Source: an uncultured candidatus Porisulfidus sp. (GTDB taxonomy: Bacteria > Pseudomonadota > Gammaproteobacteria > Poriferisulfidales > Poriferisulfidaceae). From it: 64,000 bases of DNA. Positions 1 to 9,133 of this stretch are shown piece by piece. The stretch covers positions 992,001 to 1,056,000 of the forward strand of contig OZ220480.1 of assembly GCA_965116025.1 (NCBI GenBank), given 5' to 3'. The notes below the pieces were generated by a model. The model was not told the DNA's origin. It ran no database searches and saw only the letters and a list, made by a program, of their open reading frames with translations. The translations under genes were made by a program, and so were the position numbers. Every line of letters begins with the position of its first letter. Positions within the stretch are counted from its first letter, which is position 1.

Positions 1-1143
1 ACGATCGAGCGCTCCATCGTGGGCGAGCTGGCCAGCGCCACGATCGGGAAGCCCGCGTTTGGAGGCATTGAGATCGGCTACGCGAGCAAGGGCGACATGC
101 CGGTGAGCGGAGCGTTGGGCGTCTATGACAACGAGATTGACGAGACCGACGGAGGCGACGTTTATGGCGTTGGCGGGCGATTGTCCATCATGCCCAAATT
201 CGGCGACGACTCTTTTCTGCATGCCGGCGCGTCGTTCTACAACGCGGACTACAATGGCGCGAACCACCGCATGCGCACGCGCATGGGCGTGCATACCACG
301 GGTCGCCCGTTCGAGACTGATAACCATACGAGCGACGATGTCACCCAGTTCGGCGTGGAGCTCGCGTACGTCAACGGTCCGTTCTCGCTGCAGGGCGAGT
401 TCATGAACGTCGAGTCCGACGGGACCGACAACAACAAATGCGCCGCGGCTGGCGAGTATACGCCCGGCGTGGTCGCAGTCGATGAGAAAATCGTGAATTC
501 AGCCTATTTGACGGATGCGAACGGCCACAAGATCCAGGCTGCGAACGTCTTCGCGGATCTTACGGCGGAGCAATTGAAAAAGTCCGATGGCACGTCCTAC
601 GACGGTTTGCAGGCCAAGTTGAATGATCTGTACGATGGCGACACCAAGACGTTTCCAGGATATACCGTAGTGAACGAGCATAAGAAGAAAGCGAAAATGG
701 CGATGTACAAGGATATGTATAAGAACACTTGCGATCTCGAGATGGACGGCTTCTACGTCCAGGCCGCGTACACGCTCACGGGCGAGACCCGTGGCTACAA
801 GTCGGGTTCCGGCGCGTTCGCCGCGATCAAGCCGAAGAACCAGGGCGGCGCTTGGGAGTTGGTCGCGCGCTACGAGGACTCGGAGGTCGATATCCCAGGC
901 AGAAGCCTGAGCGCGGAACTGGAGCGCATGGTCCTGGGCGTGAACTGGTACGTCAACAAGAACGTCAAGTTCATGATGAACTACGTGGATTCCGAAATGG
1001 ACGGATGCGACGGGGGAACCAAGATGTATACGGCGGACGAAGGCGTGACCGTGCCGACTGATCATGGTATGAAGCATAAGTTCAAGAAATGCAGCGAGAA
1101 TGACGGGGACGCGGTCTCGCTTCGCGGCCAGTACGTGTTCTGA
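1..1143 (+). CDS. OprO/OprP-family (phosphate-selective) porin, 5'-truncated by window edge
   Basis: Frame open from window start; motifs GFYVQAAYTLTGETRGY, GAWELVARY, LGVNWY; C-terminal aromatic beta-signal QYVF. Confidence 0.8.
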   Translation, partial: TIERSIVGELASATIGKPAFGGIEIGYASKGDMPVSGALGVYDNEIDETDGGDVYGVGGRLSIMPKFGDDSFLHAGASFYNADYNGANHRMRTRMGVHTTGRPFETDNHTSDDVTQFGVELAYVNGPFSLQGEFMNVESDGTDNNKCAAAGEYTPGVVAVDEKIVNSAYLTDANGHKIQAANVFADLTAEQLKKSDGTSYDGLQAKLNDLYDGDTKTFPGYTVVNEHKKKAKMAMYKDMYKNTCDLEMDGFYVQAAYTLTGETRGYKSGSGAFAAIKPKNQGGAWELVARYEDSEVDIPGRSLSAELERMVLGVNWYVNKNVKFMMNYVDSEMDGCDGGTKMYTADEGVTVPTDHGMKHKFKKCSENDGDAVSLRGQYVF

Positions 1144-1188
1144 CCGGTCTCCCGTATCGGGAATCCTAGATTCCTGATCGACTCCACG

Positions 1189-1229
1189 AAAATCCGCCGC
1201 TTCGGGAAACCGGGCGGCGGATTTTTTTT
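1189..1229 (+). terminator. Rho-independent terminator
   Basis: AAAATCCGCCGC...GCGGCGGATTTT stem followed by a T-tract directly after the porin stop. Confidence 0.85.
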
Positions 1230-1289
1230 GCGCTCCGGGCCGGGCTTCGGTCAGATATTTCGGAATCCGGAAGCGGTCTCGCCGGGCCT

Positions 1290-2462
1290 GTGATAAACTC
1301 AAATTCAAGATCGAAGAACCCGTCCGCGGACGGACTCCCAAAAAGGAGGTGGATTCTGGAACAGTCGCCTTCACCAGCCTTTCCAGGTCGTCCGCCCAGA
1401 ATCCGCGGATTGACCTTCCCTCCCTCGTCTCGTTTTGGCTATCCGCTCGCGTGCGCATTCCTTAGCCTGTCTCTCGCGGCCTCGGCCCAGGCGCTCTCGG
1501 AGAACGAGATCGACCGTCTGGTGGACGAGGGCGCGCGCATGAAGGAATTGATGATGCGCATGCGGACTCAGCTAAGCCAGTCCACCACGATCAGCGACCG
1601 AGCGCTAGGTTTTCCGGGGCGGAATGGCGAAATCGGATTGGGCGTGGCGGACGATTCCCCATGGGCCTCGATATCGGCGATGCTGGATGGCTCGGCGCGG
1701 GAGCGATGGTTCCGGATGATCGAGCGGGGAGTTTTGGGTCGCTTCGCCGGCCCTTCCAGCGGCCGGGACCAAGACGCTCTGGCGCCCGCGGTGGTGGGTT
1801 TCGTGCATGGTGAGGAGATTCCTTGGTATGGCTCGCTGCAGTTTCGTGGATACGAGGATCGCTCGGGCGAGGCGGATTCCTCTGAGGTGCAGGCGCGGCT
1901 GATGGTGGCCCCGCGATTCGAGGACGGGAGCTTTCTGCATGTGGGGTTGTCGTTTCAGTCGTTCAGCTATTGGGGGGACGACACGGGTCTCGACTTGTCG
2001 CTTGGCGAGGAGTTGGAGTCACGAGGCTCCGGTCGGCATCTGGCGTTCGACGTAGGGTATTCGGGAGAGTCCTACGCGATCCAGGCTCAATTCCTGAAAT
2101 CCCAGATTCGAGCGGAAGTGTTTCCGTTCCGCGGGCGGGCGAAGGCGCATTCGGATGGCTTCCATATTCGGGGCGCCTGGAGGATCACGGGCGAGCGGAC
2201 GCGGAGCAGTTACGCGCCGGGCCTGCTGGCGTATATCGAGCCTAGGGACGAGGAGGGGATTTGGGAGCTGGTGGTGCGCTACGCGAACCTCGCCGACGCG
2301 CCGGACGCGCTGGACGGAAATCCGGATTCCATGCTGCTGGGGATTCATTGGCGCGCGGACTCCACGCTGGCTTTGGAACTGGACTATGTCGAGGGGAACG
2401 GGGAAGACTTCCGGGCGCTTAATGACGGCGGCCTGACCCTTCGCGGCACCCTCTCGTTCTGA
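1290..2462 (+). CDS. Divergent OprO/P-like porin paralogue (start uncertain, possibly CTG at 1356)
   Basis: Signal peptide ending ASAQA; GFHIRGAWRITGE, GIWELVVRY and LGIHW match motifs of the upstream porin; terminal LSF. Confidence 0.65.
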   Translation: MINSNSRSKNPSADGLPKRRWILEQSPSPAFPGRPPRIRGLTFPPSSRFGYPLACAFLSLSLAASAQALSENEIDRLVDEGARMKELMMRMRTQLSQSTTISDRALGFPGRNGEIGLGVADDSPWASISAMLDGSARERWFRMIERGVLGRFAGPSSGRDQDALAPAVVGFVHGEEIPWYGSLQFRGYEDRSGEADSSEVQARLMVAPRFEDGSFLHVGLSFQSFSYWGDDTGLDLSLGEELESRGSGRHLAFDVGYSGESYAIQAQFLKSQIRAEVFPFRGRAKAHSDGFHIRGAWRITGERTRSSYAPGLLAYIEPRDEEGIWELVVRYANLADAPDALDGNPDSMLLGIHWRADSTLALELDYVEGNGEDFRALNDGGLTLRGTLSF

Positions 2463-2478
2463 TCGACGCGAGCGCGGG

Positions 2479-3870
2479 ATGAGCGTGGCGCGTCGCGCGC
2501 GCGGGGTTTTCCGGGCGTTGGTCCCGGTTTTTTGGTTCGCCTTGGCGGGAGCGGGACACGCGGCGGAGCCTCGGCTGTCTTTGGTCGCGACTTGGGTTTC
2601 GGGCCAGCCTGGAGGAACCGAGTCGCTCTCGTATCAACCCAAGTCCCGCATGCTCGCCGTGACCGACGGCGAGGCCGGGAAAATCTATCTGGTGTCCCTG
2701 TCGAGACCGGACTTTCCGGTGGACGCCGGAGAGTTGGCTTTGGACCTGCCGGACCGCCACGTGATCAACGCCGTCGCCTTTCACCCGAATCAGGACGCGC
2801 TGGCGGTCGCCGTCGCCGGGCCGGTCGGTTCGGTGGGCGAAATACTGTTGCTGGACCTGCGGGGAAAGGAACTGGCTCGGTATCCCGCCGGGCATGGGCC
2901 GGATGACGTTCGATTCAGCCCGTCCGGGAAGTGGCTGGTGGCCGTGAACGAGGCCGAGGAATATTGGAGGGAAGAGGGCGCGTGGCGCTCATATCCGGGA
3001 AGCGTGACCTTGGTCGATCTCGCGGAGGGGCTGCTGATCGGGGCCGCGCGCGAGGTCCGGCTTGACGCTCTTTCGCGGCGGCGCGGCCTGACGGCCTTGG
3101 AGGATGGCAGATTTCTGGAGCGGGAAGTGGATGGCGGGGAGGTGGAGATTCCGCTGGACTCCCGAGATCCGACGAGCTTGGAGCCGGAATGCGCCGCGTT
3201 CGCCCCGGACGAGACGACCGTTTATGTCAGTCTTCAGGAGAACAATGGAGTGGCGGTGATCGATGTGGCGCGCGCCGTGGCGCGCGACGTCATCGCCTTG
3301 GGAACGACTGAGCATTTGGCGGATCTGAAGGACGACGGACGGGTCTCGTTCACGGATTCCCTGCGGGCTTTCCGGGAACCGGATCAAATCGCGGTGACCC
3401 CGGACGGACGATATCTGGTGACGGTGGACGAGGGAGACACTGACCCGAAAGCCTCGAGAACGTGGAAAGGGCCGGCGGGAGGGGGGCGGACGCTCAGCGT
3501 CGTGGACTTGACGATGGGCGAGGTGATTGGCGACACTGGCGGCCAACTGGACGAGATGGCGCATGCGGCGGGAGTCTATCCGGATGGGCGAAGCGATAAC
3601 AGGGGGTCGGAACCGGAAGGGGTGGTGGCGTTCGAGTCGGGAGGGGGATTCTGGGCGGTGGTCGCGCTGGAGCGCGCCGACGCGCTCGCGCTCGTCGACC
3701 TTGGAGAGCCCCGCGACCCGCGGGTGCGGAAAGTGATCTCCCTGCGCCGCGAGGGAGAGGGTCGGCTGGGGCCGGAAGGTATCGTCTCTTTCGAGCGGGA
3801 TGGCGCGCGCTACGTGGCGACCGCCAACGAGAAGTCGGGCACGGTCAGCGTCGCGCGGGTGGAGTTCTGA
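2479..3870 (+). CDS. Secreted beta-propeller protein, choice-of-anchor I / alkaline-phosphatase-associated type
   Basis: Signal peptide; motifs VAVNEAE, LEPE, YVSLQENNGVA, DNRGSEPEG, GPEG, ANEKSGTVS. Confidence 0.65.
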   Translation: MSVARRARGVFRALVPVFWFALAGAGHAAEPRLSLVATWVSGQPGGTESLSYQPKSRMLAVTDGEAGKIYLVSLSRPDFPVDAGELALDLPDRHVINAVAFHPNQDALAVAVAGPVGSVGEILLLDLRGKELARYPAGHGPDDVRFSPSGKWLVAVNEAEEYWREEGAWRSYPGSVTLVDLAEGLLIGAAREVRLDALSRRRGLTALEDGRFLEREVDGGEVEIPLDSRDPTSLEPECAAFAPDETTVYVSLQENNGVAVIDVARAVARDVIALGTTEHLADLKDDGRVSFTDSLRAFREPDQIAVTPDGRYLVTVDEGDTDPKASRTWKGPAGGGRTLSVVDLTMGEVIGDTGGQLDEMAHAAGVYPDGRSDNRGSEPEGVVAFESGGGFWAVVALERADALALVDLGEPRDPRVRKVISLRREGEGRLGPEGIVSFERDGARYVATANEKSGTVSVARVEF

Positions 3871-3907
3871 AAAAAGACCCGGCCACGAAAGGGTTCATGG
3901 CCGGGTT
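3870..3907 (-). terminator. Rho-independent terminator of a minus-strand small transcript (hairpin may act in both directions)
   Basis: Minus strand AACCCGGCCATGAA-ccct-TTCGTGGCCGGGTC followed by TTTTTT. Confidence 0.8.
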
Positions 3908-3986
3908 AGAAGCGTGAGCGGCCGACATCCGTGTCGACCTTTGACCGGACGTCCTGTCCGGCGTAGCCTCACTGGAGGAATAGGTT

Positions 3987-4058
3987 TTAGTCCAAGTAGC
4001 CCAAGTGGATCACGGTGAAGACCGCGGTCCAGATCATCAAAGCGGCGATAATTTCCAT
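3987..4058 (-). CDS. Small hydrophobic peptide, 23 aa (MEIIAALMIWTAVFTVIHLGYLD)
   Basis: ATG..TAA read directly; single TM-like helix; lies between promoter and terminator; SD weak. Confidence 0.5.
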   Translation of the reverse strand: MEIIAALMIWTAVFTVIHLGYLD

Positions 4059-4112
4059 GCGTGTTTCCGGTGGAGTTCTCGGAAGCCGCCCCGCGCGGCT
4101 TTCCAATAGTTC

Positions 4113-4142
4113 ATAATATAAGGATATTTTCATATATGTCAA
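4113..4142 (-). promoter_or_regulatory. sigma70-like promoter
   Basis: Minus strand TTGACA-N18-TATTAT in an AT-rich patch. Confidence 0.7.
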
Positions 4143-4476
4143 GCCCCCATGTCGCGGGTCCTGCGCATGGTGGAGTCAAGAGCTGGGAAAATCAGGTTTT
4201 TCTGGAGGATTCCGCGCTGGCTTTCCTGGCGGGAAACACCGGTATCCCCTACATTTCCGGACGTTTCCGTGACTGCCGCCCTCGCGCGCTGGAAAGCGGT
4301 CTGGGGGTCGCGAGTCTATTCCGCCCGATCCTGGTCAGGATGGGTTGGATGAGGCCGGGCGCTCGCGCGCTATGATCGATTCGGTCATCTCGACCGGGAT
4401 CGCGCCGCTCGCTCGACGGAGATTCCTTACCGACGATGGAGAGCGGACGGAGAGATCGCTCGCTTTCGGCCTCGGG

Positions 4477-5085
4477 TCAGTCTTTCAGCCGCGGCGCGAG
4501 ATAGATCCCTTGCGCCAGCAGGAACAGGACCGGCAGGCCCAAGGCGAGGCCGAACAGCTTGAACTGCACCCAGATCTCTTCGGAGAATCCATACGCCACG
4601 TATAGGTTGAGGATCCCGCAGACCAGAAAGAATCCGACCCACGCGACGTTCAGTCGCCGCCAGGTTCGCGCGTCGCTCAGAGAGAACGCCTTGCCGAACA
4701 TTCGCTCCACGAGGGTGCGGGAGCCGATGTATCCGGACGCGAGGAATGCCGCCGCCAGTCCCCAGTAGAACGCGGTGGGCTTCCACTTGATGAACGAGGG
4801 GTCTTTCAGAAGAAGGGTCAGCCCCCCGGCGACCAGGACCACGGCCAGCGCGGCGAGGTGCGTGTTTCCCAGATCTCCCATCGCCCACAGAACTCCGCAC
4901 TGGACCAGCATGGCCGCGATCAGCGCGGATGTGGCAAAGTAGATCCGGTCCCCGGACTCCCCGACGGTCAGTTCCAGGGATGTCGCGTCGGAGAGCGCCT
5001 CGACCCAACCGACCGGCAAGTCGGGGTAGAAAAAGTACGCCACCACGAAAATCGTGATGGGCAACAGCTCGATGAACAGTTTCAT
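4477..5085 (-). CDS. yciB: Inner membrane protein YciB (intracellular septation protein A)
   Basis: MKLFIELLPITIFVVAY, FIKWKPT, WVQFKLFG motifs; start re-called at ATG 5085. Confidence 0.9.
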   Translation of the reverse strand: MKLFIELLPITIFVVAYFFYPDLPVGWVEALSDATSLELTVGESGDRIYFATSALIAAMLVQCGVLWAMGDLGNTHLAALAVVLVAGGLTLLLKDPSFIKWKPTAFYWGLAAAFLASGYIGSRTLVERMFGKAFSLSDARTWRRLNVAWVGFFLVCGILNLYVAYGFSEEIWVQFKLFGLALGLPVLFLLAQGIYLAPRLKD

Positions 5086-5109
5086 GATCGCGCCATTATA
5101 AGGAGCCCC

Positions 5110-5727
5110 ATGACCCAGCGTTTCTCGATCCACCCGGAGAACCCCCAGTCTCGCCTGATTCGCCAGGCAGCGGACGCGTTGCGGGACGGCGGATTGCTCG
5201 TCTATCCGACCGATTCCTGCTACGCTTTCGGTTGCTCGGTCGGAGACAAGGCCTCGATGGAGGCGATCCGCCGCCTGCGCGAGCTCGGTCCCAAGCATCC
5301 GTTCACGCTGGTTTGCCGGGATCTTTCGGAGCTTTCCCTGTACGCCCGGATCGACAACGCGGCGTACCGGATCTTGAAGGCTCACACGCCGGGGCCGTAC
5401 ACGTTTCTGCTAGGGGCGACGCGAGAGGTGCCGAGGCGCCTGATGGAGCCGAAGCGGCGCGTCATCGGACTGAGGATCCCGGACCATGAGGTGGTGCGGG
5501 CCTTGCTGGAGGCGCACGGCGCCCCTCTGATGAGCTGCACGCTGATGTTGCCGGACTTGGAGGACCCTCCGGTGGAGGCGGGCGAACTGTACGACCGGCT
5601 GAGGGGGCGGGTTTCCCTGATCATCGACAGCGGATTTTGTCCGAGCGTGCCGACCACCGTGGTGGACTTGACCGGTGGCGCGCCGGAGGTCATTCGTCAC
5701 GGCGGAGGCGACTTCCCCTTGCTATAA
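5110..5727 (+). CDS. yciO: Sua5/YciO/YrdC family threonylcarbamoyl-AMP synthase-like protein
   Basis: IHPENPQ.RLI, YPTDSCY, PGPYTF, GLRIPD motifs; SD AGGAG before ATG 5110. Confidence 0.85.
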   Translation: MTQRFSIHPENPQSRLIRQAADALRDGGLLVYPTDSCYAFGCSVGDKASMEAIRRLRELGPKHPFTLVCRDLSELSLYARIDNAAYRILKAHTPGPYTFLLGATREVPRRLMEPKRRVIGLRIPDHEVVRALLEAHGAPLMSCTLMLPDLEDPPVEAGELYDRLRGRVSLIIDSGFCPSVPTTVVDLTGGAPEVIRHGGGDFPLL

Positions 5728-5784
5728 TCCCATGATCGTGTCCAACCTCCCGTTTTCTTCCGGTTGGCGCCCGCCCTGCCCGTG

Positions 5785-6426
5785 ATGTCCGTAGCGCAGA
5801 CGCTGGCGATCTGGGCGATACCCGTTCTGCTGGGGATCACCGCGCACGAGGCCGCGCATGGCTGGGTCGCGAATCGCCTGGGCGATCCGACCGCGGCCCG
5901 GGCGGGCCGGCTGACCCTGAATCCGTTCCCGCATATCGATTTTCTGGGGACTCTGGTGTTGCCCTTGATCATGGTCACGTCCCTAGGGGTGGCGATAGGC
6001 TGGGCCAAGCCCGTTCCGGTCGACGCGTCTCGCTTGCGCCGGCCTCGGGAAGACATGGCCTGGGTCGCGGCGGCCGGTCCCGCCTCCAACGCTCTGATGC
6101 TGATCGCCTGGGCCTTGGTCGCCCGGATTGGCTTGGCGATCGATTCCGAGGCGGGCGTGATTTTGCTCGCCATGGGGCAGGCCGGGATCATCATCAACTC
6201 GGTCCTGATGCTGCTCAACCTGATACCCATCCCGCCGCTGGACGGCTCGGTCGTGCTGGCCCGGTGGCTGCCTCCGGATCTGGGAAGAAAATGGATGGCG
6301 TTCGGGCGTTATGGCCTGATCCTGGTGCTGGGCCTGTTCTTGCTGGGAGCCATGCATGGGGTCATCAACAAGCCGCTGATCGCGGTCATCGGGGCGGCGC
6401 ACCAGTTCTTCGGGCTTCCTTGGTGA
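5785..6426 (+). CDS. Site-2 protease (M50) family membrane metalloprotease
   Basis: HEAAH zinc motif, AGPASN, NLIPIPPLDG. Confidence 0.9.
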   Translation: MSVAQTLAIWAIPVLLGITAHEAAHGWVANRLGDPTAARAGRLTLNPFPHIDFLGTLVLPLIMVTSLGVAIGWAKPVPVDASRLRRPREDMAWVAAAGPASNALMLIAWALVARIGLAIDSEAGVILLAMGQAGIIINSVLMLLNLIPIPPLDGSVVLARWLPPDLGRKWMAFGRYGLILVLGLFLLGAMHGVINKPLIAVIGAAHQFFGLPW

Positions 6427-6433
6427 GTTTCTG

Positions 6434-7648
6434 ATGGAGAGCGACGTTCCCGCTGGCCAGCGCGTCGTGTCCGGCATGCGTCCGACCGGGCGTCTGCACT
6501 TGGGGCACTACCATGGCGTCATCAAGAACTGGGTGACGCTTCAGCGTAGCCACGAATGCTTCTTTTTCGTGGCCGATTGGCACGCGCTAACCACGCACTA
6601 CGGGGAGTCGGACGACTTGGAAGACCATGCGTGGGAGATGGTGGTGGACTGGCTGGCTTGCGGAGTCAGTCCGGGAGCCTCGACCCTGTTCATCCAGTCA
6701 AGGGTTCCAGAGCATGCGGAGCTGCACCTGCTGCTTTCCATGCTCACCCCATTGAGCTGGCTCGAGCGGGTGCCGAGCTACAAGGAGATGCAGGAGCAGA
6801 CGGATCGCGATTTGGCGACGTATGGTTTTCTGGGCTACCCCCTGCTCCAGGCGGCCGATATTCTGACGTACAAAGCGCAACTGGTGCCGGTGGGCGAGGA
6901 CCAGGCCGCGCATGTGGAGTTCACGCGCGAGGTCGCCCGCCGCTTCAACCATCTGTATGGACGAGAGGAGGATTTCGCCCGACGAGCGGAAGGACTGATC
7001 GACCGCTTGGGGAGAAACGAGGCCCGCGTGTACCGAGACTGCCGTCGCCGTTTTCAGGAGCGCGGGGATTCGAACGCTCTGGATGTGGCGCGCGAGACGT
7101 TGCGCGGACAGCGAAGCATGTCGCTCGGGGACCTCCAGAGACTGGAGGGCTACCTGGAGGGGGAATGCCGCATGATCCTCCCGGAACCGAGCGAATACCT
7201 GACGGCCACCCCCAAGGTGCCGGGAGTGGATGGTCGCAAGATGTCCAAGTCCTACAACAATATCCTAGGCCTGCGCGAGGAGCCCGACGCGTTGCGCGGC
7301 AAATTGCGGGGCATGATGACCGATCCGGCCCGCAAGCGGCGCGACGACCCGGGCGATCCGGATAAATGTCCGGTCTGGGATCTGCACAAGATCTACTCCG
7401 AGCCCGCGACTCTCGAGTGGGTGGAGGAGGGGTGCCGGAGCGCCGGCATCGGGTGCACGGACTGCAAGCGCCGGCTGCTGGACGTGATGGTGGCGGAGTC
7501 GGAGAGGATTCGCGCCAACGCCAAGGAGTATCTGGCGGACCGGGCGGGAGTGCGCGCGTTGGTCAACGAGGGCTGCGAGGCCGCGCGCGATGTCGCGCGC
7601 GATACGCTGGAGGACGTCCGCGAGGCGATTGGGCTGGATTATGACTGA
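6434..7648 (+). CDS. trpS: Tryptophan--tRNA ligase
   Basis: SGMRPTG.LHLGH, GYPLLQAADIL, VPVGEDQ, KMSKS. Confidence 0.95.
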   Translation: MESDVPAGQRVVSGMRPTGRLHLGHYHGVIKNWVTLQRSHECFFFVADWHALTTHYGESDDLEDHAWEMVVDWLACGVSPGASTLFIQSRVPEHAELHLLLSMLTPLSWLERVPSYKEMQEQTDRDLATYGFLGYPLLQAADILTYKAQLVPVGEDQAAHVEFTREVARRFNHLYGREEDFARRAEGLIDRLGRNEARVYRDCRRRFQERGDSNALDVARETLRGQRSMSLGDLQRLEGYLEGECRMILPEPSEYLTATPKVPGVDGRKMSKSYNNILGLREEPDALRGKLRGMMTDPARKRRDDPGDPDKCPVWDLHKIYSEPATLEWVEEGCRSAGIGCTDCKRRLLDVMVAESERIRANAKEYLADRAGVRALVNEGCEAARDVARDTLEDVREAIGLDYD

Positions 7649-8477
7649 GCCAGGACGGGATGGGACTCCGGCGCAACGGGAGATGCCGCTGGCCTTGGTG
7701 CATGGCCAGCCGGTGGTCGATCTCCCGGAAGACTTGTACATTCCGCCCGAGGCCCTGGAAGTCTATCTGGACGCCTTCGAGGGCCCGCTGGATCTGTTGC
7801 TGTACCTGATCCGTCGGCAGAATTTGGATATCCTGGATCTGCCTCTGGTGGAGGTCACCGATCAGTACTTGCGCCATATTTCCCTGATGGAGGAGATGAA
7901 GCTGGAGCTGGCGTCCGAATACTTGGTCATGGCGGCGATGCTGGCCGAGATCAAGTCGAGAATGCTCTTGCCGATGCCGGAGGAGGAGGGGGAGGAGGAG
8001 GACCCGCGCGCCGAGCTGGTCCGCCGCCTGCAGGAGTACGAGCGCTTCAAGACCGCCGCGGAAAGCCTGGCCGATCTGCCGAGGCTGGAGCGGGACGCGT
8101 TCGAGTTCGCCTTAGATACCCGCGATCTCGCGGCGCCTCGCCCGCTACCTAAGGTCGGCATGCAGGATCTCCTGATGGCCCTGGAAGCCATGCTGGTGCG
8201 GGCCCAGTACAACGTGGCGCATGAGATCGAGACCGAGTCGCTGTCCGTTCAGGACCGGATGGCGGACATCCTGGACAAACTGGACGCCGGCGAGAGCCAC
8301 CTTTTCACGAGCCTGTTCACGGCGGGGGAGGGACGCCAAGGCATGGCGGTCTCTTTGCTGGCGATCCTCGAGCTGCTCAAGCTCGGCATGATCGATTTCC
8401 GTCAGCGGGAGTTCGGCGGCCCGATCACGATTTTCCGTCGCGCGCGCGGAGCGACCGAGGACGCGGGCCATGCCTGA
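7641..8477 (+). CDS. scpA: Segregation and condensation protein A
   Basis: FEGPLDLLLYLI, YLVMAAMLAEIKSRMLLP, DPRAELVRRL; start at ATG 7641. Confidence 0.92.
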   Translation: MTEPGRDGTPAQREMPLALVHGQPVVDLPEDLYIPPEALEVYLDAFEGPLDLLLYLIRRQNLDILDLPLVEVTDQYLRHISLMEEMKLELASEYLVMAAMLAEIKSRMLLPMPEEEGEEEDPRAELVRRLQEYERFKTAAESLADLPRLERDAFEFALDTRDLAAPRPLPKVGMQDLLMALEAMLVRAQYNVAHEIETESLSVQDRMADILDKLDAGESHLFTSLFTAGEGRQGMAVSLLAILELLKLGMIDFRQREFGGPITIFRRARGATEDAGHA

Positions 8478-9132
8478 GCCCATGATTCGGAACGCGATCC
8501 AGGCGGCGCTGATGGCGGCGGACGGTCCATTGTCCGTGGACGCCTTGCTGAAACTGTTCGGCGCGCGCGAGAGCCTGTCCCGAAAGGAGGTGACGGAGGC
8601 TCTGGACGAGCTCGCGCGCGAGTGCGAGGGGCGGAGCTTCTCGCTGACGCGGGTGGCCAGCGGCTGGCGCTACCAGATCGATCAGGATTACGCCGCGGTC
8701 ATCGGGCGCCTCTGGGAGCAGCGTCCCCCTCGCTATTCCCAAGCTTTGCTGGAGACGCTGGCGTTGATCGTCTATCGGCAGCCGATCACGCGCGGCGAGA
8801 TCGAGCGGGTGCGCGGAGTCGCGCCCAGCACTAGCATCATGCAGACGCTGACCGAGCGCAACTGGGTGCGCGTGGTCGGCTACAAGCAGGTGCCGGGCCG
8901 CCCGGCGCTGTACGGCACGACCCGGGAATTCCTGGACTATTTTTGCTTGAAAAGCCTGAAGGACCTTCCGCCGCTACCGGAGCCGCGCTCGCGGGAAGAA
9001 GTGGACCCGCAGATGAAAATCCAGGAGGCGTTCCAAACCAAGCCAAATCTGGACCCGGGTCAGGCCGACGCCGCGGTTCCGGAACCTCGGGAAGATGGCT
9101 CGGCTCCAGGCCTTCCGGAAGAAGCGACCTGA
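8470..9132 (+). CDS. scpB: SMC-Scp complex subunit ScpB
   Basis: LETLALIVYRQPITRGEIE, PGRPALYGTT.EFL. Confidence 0.93.
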   Translation: MPEPMIRNAIQAALMAADGPLSVDALLKLFGARESLSRKEVTEALDELARECEGRSFSLTRVASGWRYQIDQDYAAVIGRLWEQRPPRYSQALLETLALIVYRQPITRGEIERVRGVAPSTSIMQTLTERNWVRVVGYKQVPGRPALYGTTREFLDYFCLKSLKDLPPLPEPRSREEVDPQMKIQEAFQTKPNLDPGQADAAVPEPREDGSAPGLPEEAT

Positions 9133-9133
9133 C

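Larger units (their letters stand above)
3870..4106 (-). ncRNA. Candidate small RNA / dual-function transcript with CsrA(RsmA)-type GGA hairpins
   Basis: Bounded by a sigma70-like promoter (4113-4142) and a terminator; hairpins GCCGGAC-AGGAC-GTCCGGT and GGTCGAC-ACGGAT-GTCGGCC. Confidence 0.5.

Noticed and set aside
4108-4142. Pho or Fur box in the AT-rich patch
   Set aside because: TTCAT repeats lack the 11-bp Pho spacing and the Fur match is poor; a sigma70 promoter explains the patch
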